Positions 45,622 through 49,607 of a stretch of 49,607 bases of DNA are shown piece after piece. A program made the translations under genes and the position numbers. Position 1 is the stretch's first letter. Every line of letters begins with the position of its first letter. Below the pieces are notes generated by a model. The model was not told the origin of the DNA, ran no database searches, and worked only from the letters and a program-made list of their open reading frames with translations. Source of the stretch: Thermoplasmata archaeon (GTDB lineage Archaea > Thermoplasmatota > Thermoplasmata > UBA10834); assembly GCA_014859835.1 (NCBI GenBank), contig JACZKW010000104.1, forward strand, positions 1 through 49,607, in the 5' to 3' direction.

Positions 45622-46344
45622 ATGGCAAAGGGCGCGAAGAGCGATCTGGACATAGTGATGGAGAGGGATCCAGCTCCGAAGAGCAGGTCTGAAGCCCTCC
45701 TGTTCAGCGCGGGACTCCATGCGATCAGGCTCTATAGATTGTCAAACAGACTCTATCATAAGAAGCACTTCATGACCGCGAGGGCGTTCAACTATCTCGC
45801 GCGCGTGCTTACGGGCTCGGACATACACCCGGGGGCGACGATCGGCGAGGGTTTCTTCATCGATCATGCGACAGGAGTGGTCATTGGTGAGACCTCTGAG
45901 ATAGGCAACAATGTGTCTATCTACCAGGGGGTGACCCTCGGAGGCGTCCGCGCAGACAAGAAGAAGAGACACCCAACTATCGGAAACAACGTGTCGATAG
46001 GCGCTGGCGCCACCATACTGGGCCCTGTCACCATCGGGGACAACGTCCGTGTGGGTGCAGGATCCGTCGTGGTCAAATCAGTCCCGCCGAACTGTACCGT
46101 AGTCGGCATTCCTGCGAAGATCGTCAAGCGCGAGGGTACGACCAGCATAGATCTCCACCACGATGAGCTTCCCGACCCTGTGGTGAACGCATTCGTAGAC
46201 ATGTGCCATAGCCTCTCCGAGATGGAGTACAGGCTAGAGATGATAGAGAAGAAGCTCGGCATGGAAACCGCGAAAAAGATGGCCTCCGCGAAGACCGAGG
46301 CCAGAGCTGAAGAATTGAGTTGCCCAGTCGAGCAGAAGGATTAA
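45622..46344 (+). CDS. cysE: Serine O-acetyltransferase
   Basis: ERDPA, DIHPGATIG.GFFIDHATGVVIGET, QGVTLGG, KRHPTIG and TVVGIPA. Confidence 0.95.
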   Translation: MAKGAKSDLDIVMERDPAPKSRSEALLFSAGLHAIRLYRLSNRLYHKKHFMTARAFNYLARVLTGSDIHPGATIGEGFFIDHATGVVIGETSEIGNNVSIYQGVTLGGVRADKKKRHPTIGNNVSIGAGATILGPVTIGDNVRVGAGSVVVKSVPPNCTVVGIPAKIVKREGTTSIDLHHDELPDPVVNAFVDMCHSLSEMEYRLEMIEKKLGMETAKKMASAKTEARAEELSCPVEQKD

Positions 46345-46376
46345 TAATCCCAGGGATAATCTCAATGGAGATACCC

Positions 46377-47855
46377 ATGGTCCTTATCATTCACAACACT
46401 CTCACACGCAATAAACAACCCTTCGAACCACTCATCAAGGGCAAGGTCGGGATATATGTTTGTGGCGTGACCGTCTACGATCATTCTCATCTGGGGCATG
46501 CCAAGTCAGCAATAAACTTCGACCTCATCGTGCGCTACCTGAGATACAAAGGATACGATGTCACCCACATCACGAACTTCACCGATGTCGATGACAAGAT
46601 CATCGCAAGGGCAAATGAGATGAGGATAGAACCGCTGGAATTGTCACGGACGATGATAGAGAAGTACCACAAGGACATGGGTTCCCTGAAGGTCAAGAGG
46701 GCGGATGTGTATCCGAAGGCGAGCGAGACCATCCCCGACATGATCTCGATGGTGTCGGGACTGATAGAGAGAGGATACGCATACGAATCGAATGGGTCGG
46801 TCTATTTCTCCGTCAGCAAGGCCAAGGAATACGGCAAGCTTTCGGGACAGAGCCTCGACCAGATGGTCGCCGGAGCAAGGATCGAACCAGGCGAGGACAA
46901 GCGGGATCCGATGGATTTCGCGCTCTGGAAGGCAGCGAAACCGGGAGAGGTGTTCTGGGAGAGCCCATGGGGAAAGGGCCGACCAGGTTGGCACATAGAA
47001 TGTTCGGCCATGTGTTTGAAGCACATAGGGAAGACCGTCGACATACATGGCGGTGGCACCGACCTGGTGTTCCCGCATCACGAGAACGAGATCCTCCAGT
47101 CGGAGGCATACAATGACGCACCCTATGTCCGATATTGGATGCACAACGGGATGCTCACGATAGACAGCGAGAAGATGTCGAAATCCCTCAAGAACTTCTT
47201 CTCCATCGAGGACATACTCAAGAAGTACGCGCCAGAGGTACTGAGGTTCTTCATACTGAATGCAAGCTACCGAGCACCCCTCGACTACGATGAGGGATCA
47301 TTGGACGAGACGAAGAAGGCGCTCGAGAAGCTCCAGAACAGCTACGGCTCGATGAAGAATGCCATTAGTCTCGCTTCAGGAACGGATGATGCGAAAGCCT
47401 TGACCGAGAAGGCCATGACCGACTTCGAGGCACGCATGGATGACGACTTCTCGAGCCGAGAGGCCATCGCTGTGATGTACGATCTGACAAGAGAAGCGAA
47501 CCGACTTCACTCTGATGGCAGGTTGAGCAAGCAAGGTGCTGAGAACGTAGTGGCTGTGCTTGACAAGTTCAATGACCTGTTCGATGTGCTCACTGATAGA
47601 AAGGCCAATGTGGTGAAGGATGATAACATCTCAGCCAGTGAACAAGTCTCAGTCGAGATCTCTGGGGAGAACCTTGATGATGTGAGTGCTGATGAACTGG
47701 CGGATGAAGGACGCATAAGATTCTGGGTACTGAGACGGGAAACTGCGAGGAAGACCAAGGATTTCGCATATGCAGACAGGATAAGGAACAAGCTCGCAGA
47801 GTTCGGCATCGGGATACAGGATTCGAAAGAAGGTGCCGTATGGAAGCGAAAGTGA
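46377..47855 (+). CDS. cysS: Cysteinyl-tRNA synthetase
   Basis: YVCGVTVYD, HLGH, NFTDVDDKII, DFALWK, GRPGWHIECS, DIHGGG.DL.FPHHENE, KMSKS and ADRIR. Confidence 0.96.
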   Translation: MVLIIHNTLTRNKQPFEPLIKGKVGIYVCGVTVYDHSHLGHAKSAINFDLIVRYLRYKGYDVTHITNFTDVDDKIIARANEMRIEPLELSRTMIEKYHKDMGSLKVKRADVYPKASETIPDMISMVSGLIERGYAYESNGSVYFSVSKAKEYGKLSGQSLDQMVAGARIEPGEDKRDPMDFALWKAAKPGEVFWESPWGKGRPGWHIECSAMCLKHIGKTVDIHGGGTDLVFPHHENEILQSEAYNDAPYVRYWMHNGMLTIDSEKMSKSLKNFFSIEDILKKYAPEVLRFFILNASYRAPLDYDEGSLDETKKALEKLQNSYGSMKNAISLASGTDDAKALTEKAMTDFEARMDDDFSSREAIAVMYDLTREANRLHSDGRLSKQGAENVVAVLDKFNDLFDVLTDRKANVVKDDNISASEQVSVEISGENLDDVSADELADEGRIRFWVLRRETARKTKDFAYADRIRNKLAEFGIGIQDSKEGAVWKRK

Positions 47856-48880
47856 GCCGTGAGACTGCTAAGAAGAAGGCCGAGATGTTGGCCGGCGGAA
47901 CGGTCCTGATACCAAAGGATTTCAGGTTGCCGTTTCCAGCCAGCAGGTCCACGGCTGGTCCTGGGGCAGGTCATAGATCGGTCGTGTTCTCATTCGGCGG
48001 CACCAGGGCGAAGAAGGCGGTTTCGCGCGAAGGAGGAGAGTTCGAACTCGTCATTGAGGGAGATTCGTATTCGCTCATGAGGGGGGGGCATTTGTTCATC
48101 GAGAAAGTTGAGCTCGTGCCTACACTAATGCATGCACCATTCCAGGCTTTTGTCAACATCGACAGCCGGTGCATCTACGACTGCAAGTTCTGCAACTCAC
48201 CCAGATTATCGAACGATGCGACGAAGAATCTCAGCGACGACAAGATAATCGAGATGATCCTCGGAGCATCTAGGGAAGGTGGTTTCCAAGCTGTCGCGTT
48301 CACAAGCGGCGTCGCAGAATCCCCGATGATGACCGTTCGTAGGATGGCGGGCCTCGTGAAGAGAGTGAAACAACTTCTGCCAGACACGCCCATCGGTGTC
48401 GAGCCTTATGCCACTAGACCAGATGAGGTCGAGATCCTCCTGGAAGCCGGTGCGGATGAGATCAAGATAAACATCGAGACCTTCGACAGAGACATATTCG
48501 AGAAGATCTGCGATGATATGGATTTCGATCAGATACTCCATGCGATAAACCACTCGGGAGAGGTATTCGGCGAGAATCGAGTCTGCTCGAACATAATATT
48601 CGGCCTAGGAGAGACCGACGAGAACATACTAGAAGGAACCAAGGTGCTGGCGAACATGGGGGCAGTCGCGACGTTGAGGGCACTCCGGAGAGACGAACTC
48701 AATACGGCCGGGCTGGAAGGGGCCCTCGGCCCGTTGGAACCTGTTTCCGCCGAGCGCATGCTGACGCTGGCGGACGGACAGAAGAAGATACTCACCGACT
48801 ATGGATTATCCCCGCTCAGGTTCAAAACGATGTGCCACGCATGTCTATCATGCGACATCGTCCCATTCTGGGATGTATGA
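47852..48880 (+). CDS. Radical SAM protein (BioB-related, uncharacterised) with extra C-terminal CxxCxxC
   Basis: CIYDCKFC, N-terminal AGPGAG, NIIFGLGE and CHACLSC. GTGA overlap with the cysS stop. Confidence 0.85.
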   Translation: MSRETAKKKAEMLAGGTVLIPKDFRLPFPASRSTAGPGAGHRSVVFSFGGTRAKKAVSREGGEFELVIEGDSYSLMRGGHLFIEKVELVPTLMHAPFQAFVNIDSRCIYDCKFCNSPRLSNDATKNLSDDKIIEMILGASREGGFQAVAFTSGVAESPMMTVRRMAGLVKRVKQLLPDTPIGVEPYATRPDEVEILLEAGADEIKINIETFDRDIFEKICDDMDFDQILHAINHSGEVFGENRVCSNIIFGLGETDENILEGTKVLANMGAVATLRALRRDELNTAGLEGALGPLEPVSAERMLTLADGQKKILTDYGLSPLRFKTMCHACLSCDIVPFWDV

Positions 48881-48884
48881 CCCG

Positions 48885-49607
48885 TTACTTGTGAGTGAAC
48901 ACGCATCGGATCGTAGGCGACACCGATTCCACCCTGACAAAGGCGAACCTCTCGAGCTGGACGACCGACTCATGTGCCTTGGATAGCAGTGGTTCTGCAA
49001 GTCCGTTCCTCGTGCTGCCGTCGGTCATGAGTACCTCTGCTGGAACGGCGTTTCCTGGGACCCAATGGACAATATGGACCCCTTCCTTGAGAACGGAAAG
49101 GTCATTCCCCGCATAGATCATCCTATCGTCTTTCAGTTCCACATTGCATAGATCCTTCAGGCGAAGTCTCGCGGGAGAGTCCTTCAGATCATCCCGGTTG
49201 ATAAAGACATGTGATCCAGATGCGACCTTCAGTTCTCTGGTCCCACGCTCAGGATGCTCAGGATGAAGCGGGGCCCTTGCTACCAGTTCGGAATCGGTTC
49301 CGGAGAGTGTGAATCTGACTGGGTCGTTCACGAAGAAATATCTGTTCGCCCCATCATCGATTAGCTCCCTGTTGAATGTGAATAAGGTCTTCCAGGAGAA
49401 TTCGATGTCGACTTCTTTGATGCCGGTCTCGACCCAGTAGCGTCTTATGGCCTCTGGCCTGATCCCTCGGCGCCTCATAGATGCGAGCGTGCCCAGTTGA
49501 GGGTCGTCCCACGATGTGTATAGGCCCTCCTTGATACCTTTGGCCATCTTTGAAGTCGATAGCTGGGCGTCCTCGACCGATACGCGTCCGTAATGGATGT
49601 ATTCCGG
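48885..49607 (-). CDS. gltX: Glutamyl-tRNA synthetase, archaeal type (C-terminal part; 5' end beyond window)
   Basis: LSTSKM, WDDPQLGTL..MRRRGIRPEAIR, RYFFV, IVHWVP and VQLERFAFVR. Confidence 0.92.
   Translation of the reverse strand, partial: PEYIHYGRVSVEDAQLSTSKMAKGIKEGLYTSWDDPQLGTLASMRRRGIRPEAIRRYWVETGIKEVDIEFSWKTLFTFNRELIDDGANRYFFVNDPVRFTLSGTDSELVARAPLHPEHPERGTRELKVASGSHVFINRDDLKDSPARLRLKDLCNVELKDDRMIYAGNDLSVLKEGVHIVHWVPGNAVPAEVLMTDGSTRNGLAEPLLSKAHESVVQLERFAFVRVESVSPTIRCVFTHK

Noticed and set aside
1-49607. Numerous antisense/overlapping ORFs, CRISPR arrays, and Pyl/Sec readthrough
   Set aside because: Shadow ORFs lie opposite well-supported genes and lack motifs. No repeat-spacer array was seen. 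No recognised gene appears truncated by an in-frame TAG or TGA.

Overview
This window reads as archaeal chromosome, most likely from a Thermoplasmatota-type peptide fermenter. That assignment is an inference from TATA/BRE-like promoters, GGTGAT ribosome-binding sites, a long-type FKBP, IorB, an AksA-like synthase and a COG2522-like HTH. About 42 credible CDS and 3 tRNAs (Arg-CCT, Thr-TGT, Cys-GCA) are present. I found no CRISPR array, integrase or transposase. Main blocks: (1) amino-acid/peptide catabolism genes (iorB, PhzF-like, D-aminoacylase, C45 hydrolase); (2) a 7-gene Opp/Dpp ABC cluster in which three subunits are greatly enlarged: an SBP with an Ig stalk, OppC with a ~450-aa extracellular insert, and OppF with a ~285-aa insert splitting its Fe-S motif; (3) a 1858-aa integrin-alpha-like surface protein, a 5x zinc-ribbon protein and three pilin-like genes; (4) a sulfur/cysteine neighbourhood (SufS-like, iscS-iscU, tRNA-Cys, cysK-cysE-cysS-radical SAM). 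The most notable oddities are a tRNA-Cys with C instead of the canonical U73 discriminator, two tandem secreted paralogs sharing a three-part upstream cis-element, and an unannotated 49-aa Cys-rich ORF. All calls come from motif reading by eye; no searches were run.
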